The notes under the pieces: model-generated
Told to the model about the DNA's origin: nothing
Seen by the model: the letters and a program-made list of their open reading frames with translations, nothing else
The model's database searches: none
Shown: positions 26,463 to 35,677 of the stretch, piece by piece
How the letters are laid out: the number at the start of each line of letters is the position of its first letter
Position numbering within the stretch: position 1 is the stretch's first letter
Program-made: the position numbers and the translations under genes
NCBI GenBank assembly: GCA_002424605.1
Contig: DIKQ01000002.1
Span: 23,483-87,482, forward strand
Origin: Cloacimonetes bacterium UBA5614
Lineage (GTDB): Bacteria; Cloacimonadota; Cloacimonadia; Cloacimonadales; Cloacimonadaceae
Length of the DNA stretch: 64,000 bases
Reading direction: 5' to 3'

Positions 26463-27287
26463 ATGAAGAAAAACCTCCTGTTCTCCTGTCTGGTTTTCCT
26501 CACATTCTGTTTGTTTGCTGCAAAGAGCGCGCTACCTGATGATAATCGGTTCGATATTGAGAAGTTCCTGTCCAAGGAAAGCCAGGAAAACAGCAAAGGA
26601 ACTACTCCGATTTCTCTCGAAACCATCAGAGTAAAATCCGGTAAAGGGGATGCCGGGGGAAAGAACTGCATCTTCCCAATTCCTCAAAACTCATCTCCTG
26701 CGTCCCGGACTTTGTTTCGAAAACTAAACTCGTATTTTATCTACACCGATGCAAACGACCCGGATTTCAACAAAGGCGATGACCAATACTATGATGCCTC
26801 TGATTATTATGTGTATTCCAGGTCTTATATCACTATGAATACCAGTGATTGCCTTTCTGGTATCGTTATTGGGGAGGCCTATACAGGCGGAGCACATCCG
26901 ATTCACGAAAACCTGACTTTCCTGATTCGTAGCGACACAGGTGAAGAAGTCAGCATACGGGACTTAATCAAGGAAGATGGCTTTAAAGAGCTTATGAGCA
27001 TGGTTTATAAGAGTTATCTGGCAAATTACTACATAAACAGCGGATATGAGTCAGTCGAGGAAGATGTCAGATTAAGGAAGGAAAGTCTCTTTTCAGTTAA
27101 AAAGAACAGCAAAGATTTTGCAGCTTTCTTCAAACACATCTTCGTTTCCCGGAACTATCTCTATGTGTATATACCCCGGTATGAGTTTGGAGCTTATTAC
27201 GAGGGGGATTGTTATGTTCCGGTTGGTTTGGATAAGCTAAATGCCGTTCTGACCCCTTTGGGCAGAAAACTACTCATTGTTAAGTAA
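26463..27287 (+). CDS. Secreted protein with DUF3298-like motif
   Basis: Signal peptide MKKNLLFSCLVFLTFCLFA and an AYTGGAHP motif. Confidence 0.6.
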   Translation: MKKNLLFSCLVFLTFCLFAAKSALPDDNRFDIEKFLSKESQENSKGTTPISLETIRVKSGKGDAGGKNCIFPIPQNSSPASRTLFRKLNSYFIYTDANDPDFNKGDDQYYDASDYYVYSRSYITMNTSDCLSGIVIGEAYTGGAHPIHENLTFLIRSDTGEEVSIRDLIKEDGFKELMSMVYKSYLANYYINSGYESVEEDVRLRKESLFSVKKNSKDFAAFFKHIFVSRNYLYVYIPRYEFGAYYEGDCYVPVGLDKLNAVLTPLGRKLLIVK

Positions 27288-27296
27288 ACTTAGATT

Positions 27297-28250
27297 ATGA
27301 ATATTCTGGTCACCGGAGGCGCCGGCTTCATTGGTTCGCATCTTTGCGAACGCCTGATTGCCAAAGGGGAGAGGGTCGTCTGCCTGGATAACTTCCATCC
27401 CTTTTACAGCCCCGGGATAAAAAGGCAAAACCTTTCCGCCATCCTCAGCCATCCATCTTTCCGGCTGGTGGAAGGCGACATCCGCAATCCCGGCGACCTG
27501 GACAAATGCTTTGCCGATAGCGGGATTGACCTTGTAATCCATCTGGCTGCCATGGCGGGAGTGCGTCCCAGCATTGAAAATCCCCTGCTTTATGCCGATG
27601 TTAACATCTCTGGAACCCTGCAGGTGTTGCTTGCCTGCCAAAAGTATGGCGTGAAGCGGATGCTTTTTGCCTCGTCATCTTCTGTCTATGGTAATAAGGA
27701 TGGCGGAAGCTTCCGTGAGACCGACCCGGTGGACCAGCCCGTCTCACCCTATGCCGCCACCAAAAGGGCCGGGGAACTGGTCTGCTACAACCAGAGCCGG
27801 CTTATGGATATGTCTATCGTCTGCCTGCGCTTTTTTACTGTCTTCGGACCGCGTCAGCGTCCCGACCTGGCAATCCACAAATTTACCCGCCTGCTTTGTG
27901 AAGGCAGTCCCATCCCGGTGTACGGCGACGGAAGCACCAGCCGGGATTACACCTACATTGACGACACCATAGACGGCGTCCTGAAAGCGATTGACTACAT
28001 CGGAAGCCACCACGGCTTTGAGATATTTAACCTGGGCGAATCACGCACAGTTTCCCTGGCTGAAATGCTTGCCGGACTGGAAAAAGCGACCGGCAAAAAA
28101 GCCTTGATTGACCGTCAGCCCCTTCAGCCCGGGGACGTTGCTTACACCTGCGCGGACATTACAAAAAGCCGGGAAGTGCTTGCCTACAATCCCGTCTGGA
28201 CCTTTGAGGACGGGCTCAGCCGTTTTCTGGATTGGTATTACAAAAACTAA
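27297..28250 (+). CDS. NAD-dependent nucleotide-sugar epimerase/dehydratase (SDR family)
   Basis: GGAGFIGSHL Rossmann motif and catalytic YAATKRAGE (YxxxK). Confidence 0.85.
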   Translation: MNILVTGGAGFIGSHLCERLIAKGERVVCLDNFHPFYSPGIKRQNLSAILSHPSFRLVEGDIRNPGDLDKCFADSGIDLVIHLAAMAGVRPSIENPLLYADVNISGTLQVLLACQKYGVKRMLFASSSSVYGNKDGGSFRETDPVDQPVSPYAATKRAGELVCYNQSRLMDMSIVCLRFFTVFGPRQRPDLAIHKFTRLLCEGSPIPVYGDGSTSRDYTYIDDTIDGVLKAIDYIGSHHGFEIFNLGESRTVSLAEMLAGLEKATGKKALIDRQPLQPGDVAYTCADITKSREVLAYNPVWTFEDGLSRFLDWYYKN

Positions 28251-28288
28251 TCACCCTTATTCCTGCGCAGGCAGGATTCCGGCGACCC

Positions 28289-28696
28289 TTAGCTCTCCCT
28301 CTCTATATACCTTTCAAACACATCATATATCTCCGGAACCAGTCGCGCCGGCTTGCCCTGATAGGCAAATACAGCCGTCATAATAGCCCGGAAGCACAGC
28401 TCACCCTCGGAATTGTACATCAGTTGTTCCCAGCTTGATTTCACCTTGTTCAGCGTCAGAACCTTGCTTTTCACCTCAATGATGTCTTCCAGCTGGATTG
28501 CCTTGATATAGTCAATCTCAAAGCGGAGCACATACAGGTGCCAATGCATATCCAGCAGTTTCTGGATGGGGACGCCCATTTCCTGCAATGCCTCGCTTCT
28601 GGCTGCTTCCAGGATGGGCAGGTAGTTGGCGTTATTCAGGTGACCATAGATGTCGCACTCATATCCGTAGATTCTTTTCCGGAAGGTAAAGCTCAT
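28289..28696 (-). CDS. Acyl-CoA thioesterase, 4HBT/YbgC-like hotdog fold
   Basis: RIYGYECDIYGHLNNANYL motif, 135 aa. Confidence 0.75.
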   Translation of the reverse strand: MSFTFRKRIYGYECDIYGHLNNANYLPILEAARSEALQEMGVPIQKLLDMHWHLYVLRFEIDYIKAIQLEDIIEVKSKVLTLNKVKSSWEQLMYNSEGELCFRAIMTAVFAYQGKPARLVPEIYDVFERYIERES

Positions 28697-28711
28697 GATA
28701 TCCGTCTCCTC

Positions 28712-29227
28712 TTACAGTCCCGGTTTCCCCGTGGCAAAGGAATATATCTCATAAGTCACGTAGAACATGAATATGCCAATCATAACGGCGGTCACATATT
28801 TGGCAAGCTTGGGCATTGGCTGGCTTGGCCTGATTCTATCCTTGTTTCTGTGTTTCAGGAAAAGGTGTATCAGCCGGGCGGGCAATATCAGCATCGTCAC
28901 GTTAAACAGGATTTGCAGGTTACGCAAGGCCTCATACCACTTTCCCAGCTGTTTGTTAAAAACGAACGCCAACAACACGTATATCGGAACCCAGATAAAC
29001 ATGGAAATCCGGTAGAAGTGGTTCTCGTCATACAGACCGTCAGCCTCGTGAAGTTCCTTCTGCTTTTTGTTGGCTTTTGTGCCATAGATTCCCAATATGA
29101 TTATACTGCCAATCATCAGGACTCCGCCCACTATCATAAACATATCCATTGACTGCGTGGTCAGCCATAGTCCCACTAAGACCAATGCCATTACAGCCCC
29201 CAAGCTCAGCATTTCCGCTACTTTCAT
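28712..29227 (-). CDS. Integral membrane protein, unknown function
   Basis: 171 aa with about 5 hydrophobic helices. Sits 3 nt downstream of the preceding minus-strand gene. Confidence 0.55.
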   Translation of the reverse strand: MKVAEMLSLGAVMALVLVGLWLTTQSMDMFMIVGGVLMIGSIIILGIYGTKANKKQKELHEADGLYDENHFYRISMFIWVPIYVLLAFVFNKQLGKWYEALRNLQILFNVTMLILPARLIHLFLKHRNKDRIRPSQPMPKLAKYVTAVMIGIFMFYVTYEIYSFATGKPGL

Positions 29228-29230
29228 TCA

Positions 29231-30370
29231 TCACCTCCCGCTATCTGCTGTTACTCTAAAGAACGCCTGCTGGGGGTTTACCCCGTTTGCCTGTAAAAAG
29301 GCATCTCCCAATCCGCTTTCCGTGTCTGCAGTGGCGGAGAGGAAACGGTATCCCGCATACGGCTCATCCGAGACATATATTTTGTAGTTGTTTGCTCCGC
29401 TTACGGCAGACCAGTCCAGCCGGAAACCATCCGTTATCCTTTGGATGGTCAGGTACTGCGGGGCAGGGGGGATGGATGCATCCGTCATCAGGACAAATTC
29501 CCCCAGGGCAGTAACCTGGGCTGTCAGGTAGCCAGTGGCGGGATTATACACCGCAGGCACATAAGTGAAGGCACCCGTGCCGTGGATGTTTCTGCGAAAG
29601 AGCAATGCGTTTTCCGGATTCTCCGCTCCCGGCAGTCCTGCTATCATAAAGCTTACCGTCGCCGGATATTGCGTTGTGGCGTAATAGGAGATGTATTGCG
29701 TGTCAATGAACCAGCCGAGGTTCGGATTTGTCGGGGGGGCAGTGCCGTCAAAGGTGCAGTCCAGGGTCGGCGTGTCAAAGGAATATGCCGTCACCGTTCC
29801 ACCGCCTCCGGCGTTTATCCACATCTGGTCTATCACCACTCCTGCCTGCGGGAAAGATTTGTTATACACATATCCTCCGCCCGGACCGGCTGGCGGGGTC
29901 AGTATCTGCGAGCCGATGCCTGTCGGGCTGGAATAGCTTATCAGGTGGACAAAGCTGTCGCCCTGTGTCTCAAAGTATGCCTGGCTGGCGTCATCAAAGA
30001 AGACAGACATCTCCGGATAGGCATATTCCGTCTGGGTGTCTGCTTTCCATACTTTTATGGTGATAAAGTGACCCGGAATTGCGCTGGCGGGTACGCCTCC
30101 GCCTGTCATTGATACGTTGATGGGAACGCTCTGCCAGGGATAACTGCTGATGGGTCCCGTCAGAAGCACAGCTCCCACCAGGGTATTGCCGTCAAAGATG
30201 CCGATTTCGTCCCCGGCTTGCAGGGCAGTGCCGTGCACCTCTGCTCCGGAAACAAAGAAATTCATTGCCAGGTAAGGGTTTTGCCCCCACCAGGCTGGCG
30301 TGAAATGATTGGCATACACAATTCCGGTCAATAGTATCAATCCAATAAATGTGACAGCAATTCTCTTCAC
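29231..30370 (-). CDS. Secreted protein with C-terminal FN3-like tail
   Basis: Signal peptide MKRIAVTFIGLILLTGIVYA. C-terminus has ...DWSAVSGANNYKIYVSDEPY...AFFRVTADSGR. Confidence 0.7.
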   Translation of the reverse strand: MKRIAVTFIGLILLTGIVYANHFTPAWWGQNPYLAMNFFVSGAEVHGTALQAGDEIGIFDGNTLVGAVLLTGPISSYPWQSVPINVSMTGGGVPASAIPGHFITIKVWKADTQTEYAYPEMSVFFDDASQAYFETQGDSFVHLISYSSPTGIGSQILTPPAGPGGGYVYNKSFPQAGVVIDQMWINAGGGGTVTAYSFDTPTLDCTFDGTAPPTNPNLGWFIDTQYISYYATTQYPATVSFMIAGLPGAENPENALLFRRNIHGTGAFTYVPAVYNPATGYLTAQVTALGEFVLMTDASIPPAPQYLTIQRITDGFRLDWSAVSGANNYKIYVSDEPYAGYRFLSATADTESGLGDAFLQANGVNPQQAFFRVTADSGR

Positions 30371-30475
30371 ACATACCTCTTTCTGTTTTTCAAATATTCC
30401 ATCTCAAACCTTTATTTATCCGATTAAATTTCCTGTCAATAAATGTCTTAAAATTTCGCAATCCGAAGCATCACT

Positions 30476-30547
30476 CCTGCTTGATACGAGGAGACAACGG
30501 GGAGATTCTCCCCGCATCGTTCCCGTATCGTTCTCCTATCAAGCAGG
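30476..30547. repeat. Long imperfect palindrome with nested hairpin and phased 11-mers
   Basis: CCTGCTTGATA (30476-86) pairs with TATCAAGCAGG (30537-47). Inner hairpin is GGGGAG-att-CTCCCC (30499-30513). ATCG/ATCG/ATCA units start at 30516, 30527 and 30538. Confidence 0.7.
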
Positions 30548-30632
30548 CAAGAGCCATAAAAATTGTCTTGACGATAGAGGATAAATCTGTAAAGAGCGAA
30601 ACAGGAGAAAATAACAGAAAGTGGAGGTATCC

Positions 30633-31169
30633 GTGCAGACTAAAAGCAGTATTATGGATAAAGCGCAGATGGAGCGCACGATTCACCGCATGGCGCACGA
30701 AATCATTGAGCAGAACAAGGGGTTGGAAAAAATCCGCCTGGTCGGTATCCGGAGCCGGGGGGTTCCTCTGGCGGAAAGGATGTCCGCATACCTGAAAAGG
30801 ATTGAATCCGTGGAAATCCCGGTCGGCATCATTGATATTACGCTTTACAGGGACGACCTGAGCACGATTTCGCATCAGCCGGTCATCAAGGGCAGTTCCA
30901 TAGACTTTGAGATGGAAGACGCCATCGTTATCCTGGTGGATGATGTGCTCTTTACGGGCAGAACGGTCCGCGCCGCGATTGACGCTCTCTTGGACTTCGG
31001 CAGACCCAGCCAGATTCAGCTTGCGGTCCTGGTGGACAGAGGCCACAGGGAACTTCCCATCAAAGCGGATTATGTGGGCAAAAACGTCCCCACCTCCAAA
31101 GAAGAAATCATCAAGGTCGCATTTGAGGAAACCGATGGCGAGGATTCGGTCAAAATCGTTCTGGTCTAA
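30633..31169 (+). CDS. pyrR: Bifunctional pyrimidine regulatory protein / uracil phosphoribosyltransferase
   Basis: [18 protein letters not shown] and PRPP motif [17 protein letters not shown]. The GTG at 30633 follows GGAGG. The ORF-track start at 30621 is also possible. Confidence 0.88.
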   Translation: MQTKSSIMDKAQMERTIHRMAHEIIEQNKGLEKIRLVGIRSRGVPLAERMSAYLKRIESVEIPVGIIDITLYRDDLSTISHQPVIKGSSIDFEMEDAIVILVDDVLFTGRTVRAAIDALLDFGRPSQIQLAVLVDRGHRELPIKADYVGKNVPTSKEEIIKVAFEETDGEDSVKIVLV

Positions 31170-31950
31170 GTACCAGATAAACCGCCGTGAACGGAAATCC
31201 CTGGTCTGCATAGGGCTGGATTCCGATTACGCCCATCTGCCCCAGTGCGTCCGCAAAGACGCCAACCCCATTTATACCTTTAACAAGGCAATCATAGAAG
31301 CCACGGCTCCCTTTGCCTGCGCCTACAAGCCCAACCTCGCCTTTTACCTGGCAATGGGGGTCAAGGGACTGGAAGCGCTCAAACTCACCATAGACGCCAT
31401 TCCGGAAGACATCCCCGTGATTCTGGACTGCAAAGTTGGCGACATCGGAAACACGATGGACGCCTATCTGAAGGGCTTCTTTGAGGAAATGGGCGTGGAC
31501 GCCATCACGGTAAATCCGCTGATGGGCAAAGACGTAATCAAAATGATGGTCAATGACGTGAAAAGTTTTGCCTTTGCGCTGGCTCTGACCTCCAATCCCT
31601 CGGCAAAGGACTTCCTGCTCAAAGGCGGGCTCTACCGGGAAATCGCAGAATGGATAAAGGGCTTTGACGAAAAGCAGGTGGGAGCAGTGGTGGGCGCCAC
31701 CCAGACCTCGCATCTGGAAGAAATGCGCACCCTACTGCCTTCGCAGATATTCCTGATACCGGGCATCGGAGCGCAGGGCGGGGATTTGCAGGCAGTGCTG
31801 GACAACGCCGTCAGCTCATTTGCCGAGCCCAATATCCTGATAAACTCCTCCAGGGGAATCATCTTTAAGGACAGCGGAACTTCCTTTGCAGAAACCGCCG
31901 GTAAAGAAGCGGAAAAACTGCGCGACCAAATCAGGCAGGGAATGGAATAA
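31135..31950 (+). CDS. pyrF: Orotidine-5'-phosphate decarboxylase (type 2)
   Basis: [12 protein letters not shown] and [10 protein letters not shown] motifs. The ORF-track N-terminus (30907) is read-through in the alternative frame of pyrR. ATG 31135 chosen. Confidence 0.8.
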   Translation: MARIRSKSFWSKYQINRRERKSLVCIGLDSDYAHLPQCVRKDANPIYTFNKAIIEATAPFACAYKPNLAFYLAMGVKGLEALKLTIDAIPEDIPVILDCKVGDIGNTMDAYLKGFFEEMGVDAITVNPLMGKDVIKMMVNDVKSFAFALALTSNPSAKDFLLKGGLYREIAEWIKGFDEKQVGAVVGATQTSHLEEMRTLLPSQIFLIPGIGAQGGDLQAVLDNAVSSFAEPNILINSSRGIIFKDSGTSFAETAGKEAEKLRDQIRQGME

Positions 31951-32427
31951 TCAGGTAAGGCGGGTCATCGCACCGCTTACACGGTCATAGCGAATCATCT
32001 CCACCCCCGCCTCGCGGAACATCTGTTCTGCCAGGGTATCGGGATAGGTATCCGCAATATAGACCGTCTTAATCTCCGCATTGATAATCAGTTTGGCGCA
32101 GATACTGCAGGGCTGGTTTGTGCAATAGAGCACGGCATTGCGGGTGGTGGCGCCGTTGATGGAGCACTGGATGATGGCATTCTGCTCGGCATGAACTCCC
32201 CGGCAGAGCTCGTGCTTTTCTCCGGCGGGGACATTCAGCTTCTCACGCAGGCAACCGGTCTGGCTGCAATGGGAAATGTTTTTGGGACTGCCGTTGTAGC
32301 CGGTTGAAAGAATCTGGTTGTCACGCACCAATACAGCGCCCACGTGCCGCCTGAGACAGGTGCTCCGCTGGGACGCCAGATAAGCCATTTCCATAAAATA
32401 CTTTTGCCAGGTGGGTCTGTCGTTCAT
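31951..32427 (-). CDS. dCMP deaminase / ComEB-family zinc deaminase
   Basis: HAEQNAI and PCSICAKLI zinc-binding motifs. Confidence 0.88.
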   Translation of the reverse strand: MNDRPTWQKYFMEMAYLASQRSTCLRRHVGAVLVRDNQILSTGYNGSPKNISHCSQTGCLREKLNVPAGEKHELCRGVHAEQNAIIQCSINGATTRNAVLYCTNQPCSICAKLIINAEIKTVYIADTYPDTLAEQMFREAGVEMIRYDRVSGAMTRLT

Positions 32428-32524
32428 AACGCATCCTTCTGAGAAATAAATCTGAAATCAATTTGACAGATATTTCGCAGGTGATATGTTGTCAAGACAA
32501 GAAGAAAAGGAAAACGGGAGCGAA

Positions 32525-33787
32525 ATGAAACACCTTCCATACCAGGGATTTGTCCGGCTGGCCGGCTCCAAATCGGTCATTCAGCGCTACCTGCTGATGG
32601 CGACATTTAACCGTTTTGAGACAATCCTGAAACCCGGCTCGCTCTGTGACGACGTGAGGGAAATGGCATCCGCAGCCAGGAAAAACGGAGTCAAAATCAG
32701 TATCTCGGCAGAGCGGATAGTCATCAATTCCCAGCAAATCCTCCCCAAAAAAGATACGGAGGTAAAGTTCAGCGCTTCGGCTACCGCCCTGCGTTTCTGG
32801 CTGGCGAGAGCTGTGTATAGCCGGGGAAAATCCGTCATCCTGATATCGGAAGCGCTGGCAAACCGTCCCCTCAAACCCTTTCTGGACAGGATGGAAACCC
32901 TGGGCTGTAAAATCATCCGGACGCAAAGCGAGGACCCGAAGTTTCCCCACCGGCTGGAAATCACTCCGCCCAGGACAGTTCCCGACAGCATTGAAACCGA
33001 CGCCAAAGTAAGCAGTCAGTTCATCTCCGGACTGATGCTCAGCGCCGGCGCCACCGGAAGGTTTTTGCACCTCAATTTCCGCAGTAATCCGGTTTCCTAT
33101 GACTTTCTTGTCCTGACGGAATACACCCTGAACTCCTGCAACGTCTATACCTGCATCAGTAAAAAGGAGTGCCTGGTCAAGGGCAGTGACTTCGCTGTCA
33201 GCCCTGTGGTAAAAGTAGAGCCCGAGCTCTCGGCAGGGGCTTTTCTGATGGCTCTGGGGGCTTTTTCGGAGAAGGGGGCCGGCTTTTATGACCCGGTGAG
33301 GACCTATTTCCAGCCGGACTGGGAGATAGGCCCCATCCTGCGCAGTATGAAAGCGAAAGTAATGAACAGGCAAAACGTCTGGGGCGTGAAATATGCTCCG
33401 CTTACAGGCACGGAATATGAGATGGACAGCTTTCCGGATTTGGTTCCGCTGGTGGCTGTCCTGGCTTTGTTTGCCTCCACTCCCACCACCCTGAAAAACA
33501 TCAGCCGGCTCAAATATAAGGAATCGGACAGGATAAAGGGCATCCTCACCGCCTTTGAGGAAATCGGGGCACGGTATCTTTACAGCGGTAAGACGCTGGT
33601 CATCTTTCCCTATGACGAAACGCCTCCGGAAGTGACTCTGGACACTCAGAACGACCACCGCCTGGTGATGGCTTTCCTGCTTTTGCACCTGCATTTTCCC
33701 CAGGTGGAGCTCTCCGAAACAAAATCCGTCCGCAAGTCCTATCCCGGCTTCTTTGAAATGCTCAGAAGCATCCGGATTGACCGGTAA
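32525..33787 (+). CDS. aroA: 3-phosphoshikimate 1-carboxyvinyltransferase (EPSP synthase)
   Basis: LAGSKSVIQRYLLMA, KESDRIK and DHRLVMAF motifs. ATG 32525 follows GGGAG. Confidence 0.8.
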   Translation: MKHLPYQGFVRLAGSKSVIQRYLLMATFNRFETILKPGSLCDDVREMASAARKNGVKISISAERIVINSQQILPKKDTEVKFSASATALRFWLARAVYSRGKSVILISEALANRPLKPFLDRMETLGCKIIRTQSEDPKFPHRLEITPPRTVPDSIETDAKVSSQFISGLMLSAGATGRFLHLNFRSNPVSYDFLVLTEYTLNSCNVYTCISKKECLVKGSDFAVSPVVKVEPELSAGAFLMALGAFSEKGAGFYDPVRTYFQPDWEIGPILRSMKAKVMNRQNVWGVKYAPLTGTEYEMDSFPDLVPLVAVLALFASTPTTLKNISRLKYKESDRIKGILTAFEEIGARYLYSGKTLVIFPYDETPPEVTLDTQNDHRLVMAFLLLHLHFPQVELSETKSVRKSYPGFFEMLRSIRIDR

Positions 33788-33889
33788 CGCCAAAGCACTG
33801 CTGACCGTAAACAACCGTTTTCCTGTTGACAAAAATGAACTGAAAGGGCAGGTTGCGTTTATTGAAAAAATAATCAACTGGAGGACTCC

Positions 33890-34969
33890 ATGACCTATCG
33901 CGTTTTAGCAATCAATCCCGGTTCAACCTCTACCAAGATAGCGGTTTATGACGAACTGACCCCTGTCTTTGAAAAGACCCTGCGTCACGACCCGGCGGAA
34001 CTGGACAACTATGGCGGCATCATTGAGCAGTATGATTTCCGCAAGCAACTGGTGATGGAAGCGATGAAAGAAAACAGCGTCGCTCCCGAAACCCTGCACG
34101 CAGTGGTGGGCAGAGGCGGACTGGTGCGTCCCGTCAGCGGTGGAACCTGGAAGATTTGCGACAATATGCTGCGTGACCTCAAAGACCCGTCCCTGTGGGG
34201 CAGAATCCACGCTTCCAACCTGGGCGCCTTCATAGCCGACGCCATCTCCAAAGAGCTGGGCATCCCCGGCTTCATCGTTGACCCCGTGGTGGTGGATGAG
34301 TTTGACGACATTGCCCGCATTTCCGGCATTCCGGAGATTGAACGCAAATCCCTGCTCCACGCGCTGAACATCCGCTACATCGCCAGACTGATGGCAACGG
34401 AACTGAACAAGGACTTCAATACCATCAACCTGATTGGCGTGCACATGGGCGGAGGCATCTCCGTGGCAGCCATCAAGCAGGGCAGGATTGTGGATGTGAA
34501 CAATGCCTTGCTCGGCATGGGACCCTTCTCTCCGCAAAGAGCCGGGGCACTGCCCATCGGAGACCTGCTGGAGCTTGCCTTCTCAGGAAAATATACTCAC
34601 AAGGAACTGGTCAACCGCCTTACCAAGACCGGCGGATATGTCGCTTACCTGGGCACGGACAGCGGTATTGAAGTGGAAAACAGGATTGAAGCGGGGGACA
34701 AGTTTGCCGAGAAAATCCAGAAAGCCATGTGCTATCAGGTAGCCAAGGAAATCGGCGCTTGCGCCACAGTCTTGGAAGGCAAGGTGGACGCCATCTTCAT
34801 GTCCGGCGGACTGGTCTATAACCCCGTTATCGTGAACGAAATCAAATCCCGCACCAGCTTTATCGCCCCCTTCCACATCTATCCCGGCGAAAAGGAAATG
34901 GAAGCCCTCAGCCAGGGCGGAATCCGTGTCCTCAAAGGCCTGGAGCCGGCACAGGATTATCCCTATTAA
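33890..34969 (+). CDS. buk: Butyrate kinase
   Basis: MTYRVLAINPGSTSTKIAVYD N-terminus and full-length 359-aa ASKHA-fold pattern. Confidence 0.9.
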   Translation: MTYRVLAINPGSTSTKIAVYDELTPVFEKTLRHDPAELDNYGGIIEQYDFRKQLVMEAMKENSVAPETLHAVVGRGGLVRPVSGGTWKICDNMLRDLKDPSLWGRIHASNLGAFIADAISKELGIPGFIVDPVVVDEFDDIARISGIPEIERKSLLHALNIRYIARLMATELNKDFNTINLIGVHMGGGISVAAIKQGRIVDVNNALLGMGPFSPQRAGALPIGDLLELAFSGKYTHKELVNRLTKTGGYVAYLGTDSGIEVENRIEAGDKFAEKIQKAMCYQVAKEIGACATVLEGKVDAIFMSGGLVYNPVIVNEIKSRTSFIAPFHIYPGEKEMEALSQGGIRVLKGLEPAQDYPY

Positions 34970-34992
34970 ATAACTTCATACAAAGTATCAAG

Positions 34993-35027
34993 GCTGAATC
35001 TGATTTACCGGGTTCAGCTTTTTTTTT
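34993..35027 (+). terminator. Rho-independent terminator after buk
   Basis: GCTGAATC / GGTTCAGC stem (one G-U pair) followed by a T9 run. Confidence 0.65.
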
Positions 35028-35122
35028 GCCTGCTTGCCACGTGGGGTCCTCCTGGGGACCACGTGGGGTAAGCCCAGGTGGATGTCAGGTGGATGGCGGG
35101 TCCGGATTAGGCGGGAAAAGGG

Positions 35123-35251
35123 TTATAAACACAGAAAGGCAGTTGTGTGCATAACATGTGGATAACTTTGGATAAAATCAGGGGGATGGGCTTAAACCCT
35201 TTATGGAAAGTGATTTAGAAAAAGCGTCTTATCCACCGCTTTTGTGCATAA
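35123..35251. promoter_or_regulatory. Cluster of DnaA-box-like 9-mers
   Basis: TGTGCATAA 35146-54, TGTGGATAA 35157-65 (perfect reverse complement of TTATCCACA), TTTGGATAA 35167-75, TTATCCACC 35229-37, TGTGCATAA 35243-51. A weaker TTATAAACA lies at 35123-31. Confidence 0.6.
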
Positions 35252-35371
35252 CTTCCCAACTACTGCAAAAACAGGCACCTACGATTTCCCTGAATGTCAG
35301 CTCAGACAGAGGTGTCTTTCCTTGACAGGTTTGCACTGTAATTATCTTGGTAACCTGATAATTTTAATGGA

Positions 35372-35677
35372 ATGAAAATGAAAAAGAAAGAACCGAGAGA
35401 CATCGCTTTTTACTTTGATTTGCTCCAGCAGTATGACTGGGACGATATCTTCTATACGTCCACTTTCACGCTGAAAAAGGACGATACTGGGAATATCATC
35501 CTCTATCCTGATGAGAAGTTTATCAATAAGAAAAGCTGTGTCTATAGCCACAACACCGTCATCTTTGAAGGCGAAATGCCTGAAATGATGCTGATTGCAG
35601 TTCAGCCGGGCCTTCGTCCGATGCACCTGAACGATATCCTGCAACTCAGGATTGAGATTATGAATGATGAATTCTGA
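35372..35677 (+). CDS. Hypothetical protein (101 aa)
   Basis: ORF overlapping the trmH-family start by 14 nt. No recognisable motif. Confidence 0.4.
   Translation: MKMKKKEPRDIAFYFDLLQQYDWDDIFYTSTFTLKKDDTGNIILYPDEKFINKKSCVYSHNTVIFEGEMPEMMLIAVQPGLRPMHLNDILQLRIEIMNDEF

Noticed and set aside
30476-30547. The palindrome upstream of pyrR, considered as a PyrR-binding attenuator.
   Set aside because: I could not find the conserved PyrR loop sequence (UCCAGAGAGG-like). The structure lies upstream of the best candidate promoter and has no following U-run.
30471-31211. 246-aa minus-strand ORF, and the 5' extension (30907-31134) of the pyrF ORF.
   Set aside because: The first is antisense to pyrR and runs through the intergenic palindrome. 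The second is read-through in an alternative frame of pyrR. The PyrF homology starts near ATG 31135.
32492-33877. 461-aa ORF antisense to aroA.
   Set aside because: It is a shadow ORF of a well-supported gene with clear EPSP synthase motifs on the plus strand. Its composition is Arg/Gly/Ala-rich and low-complexity, with no motifs.
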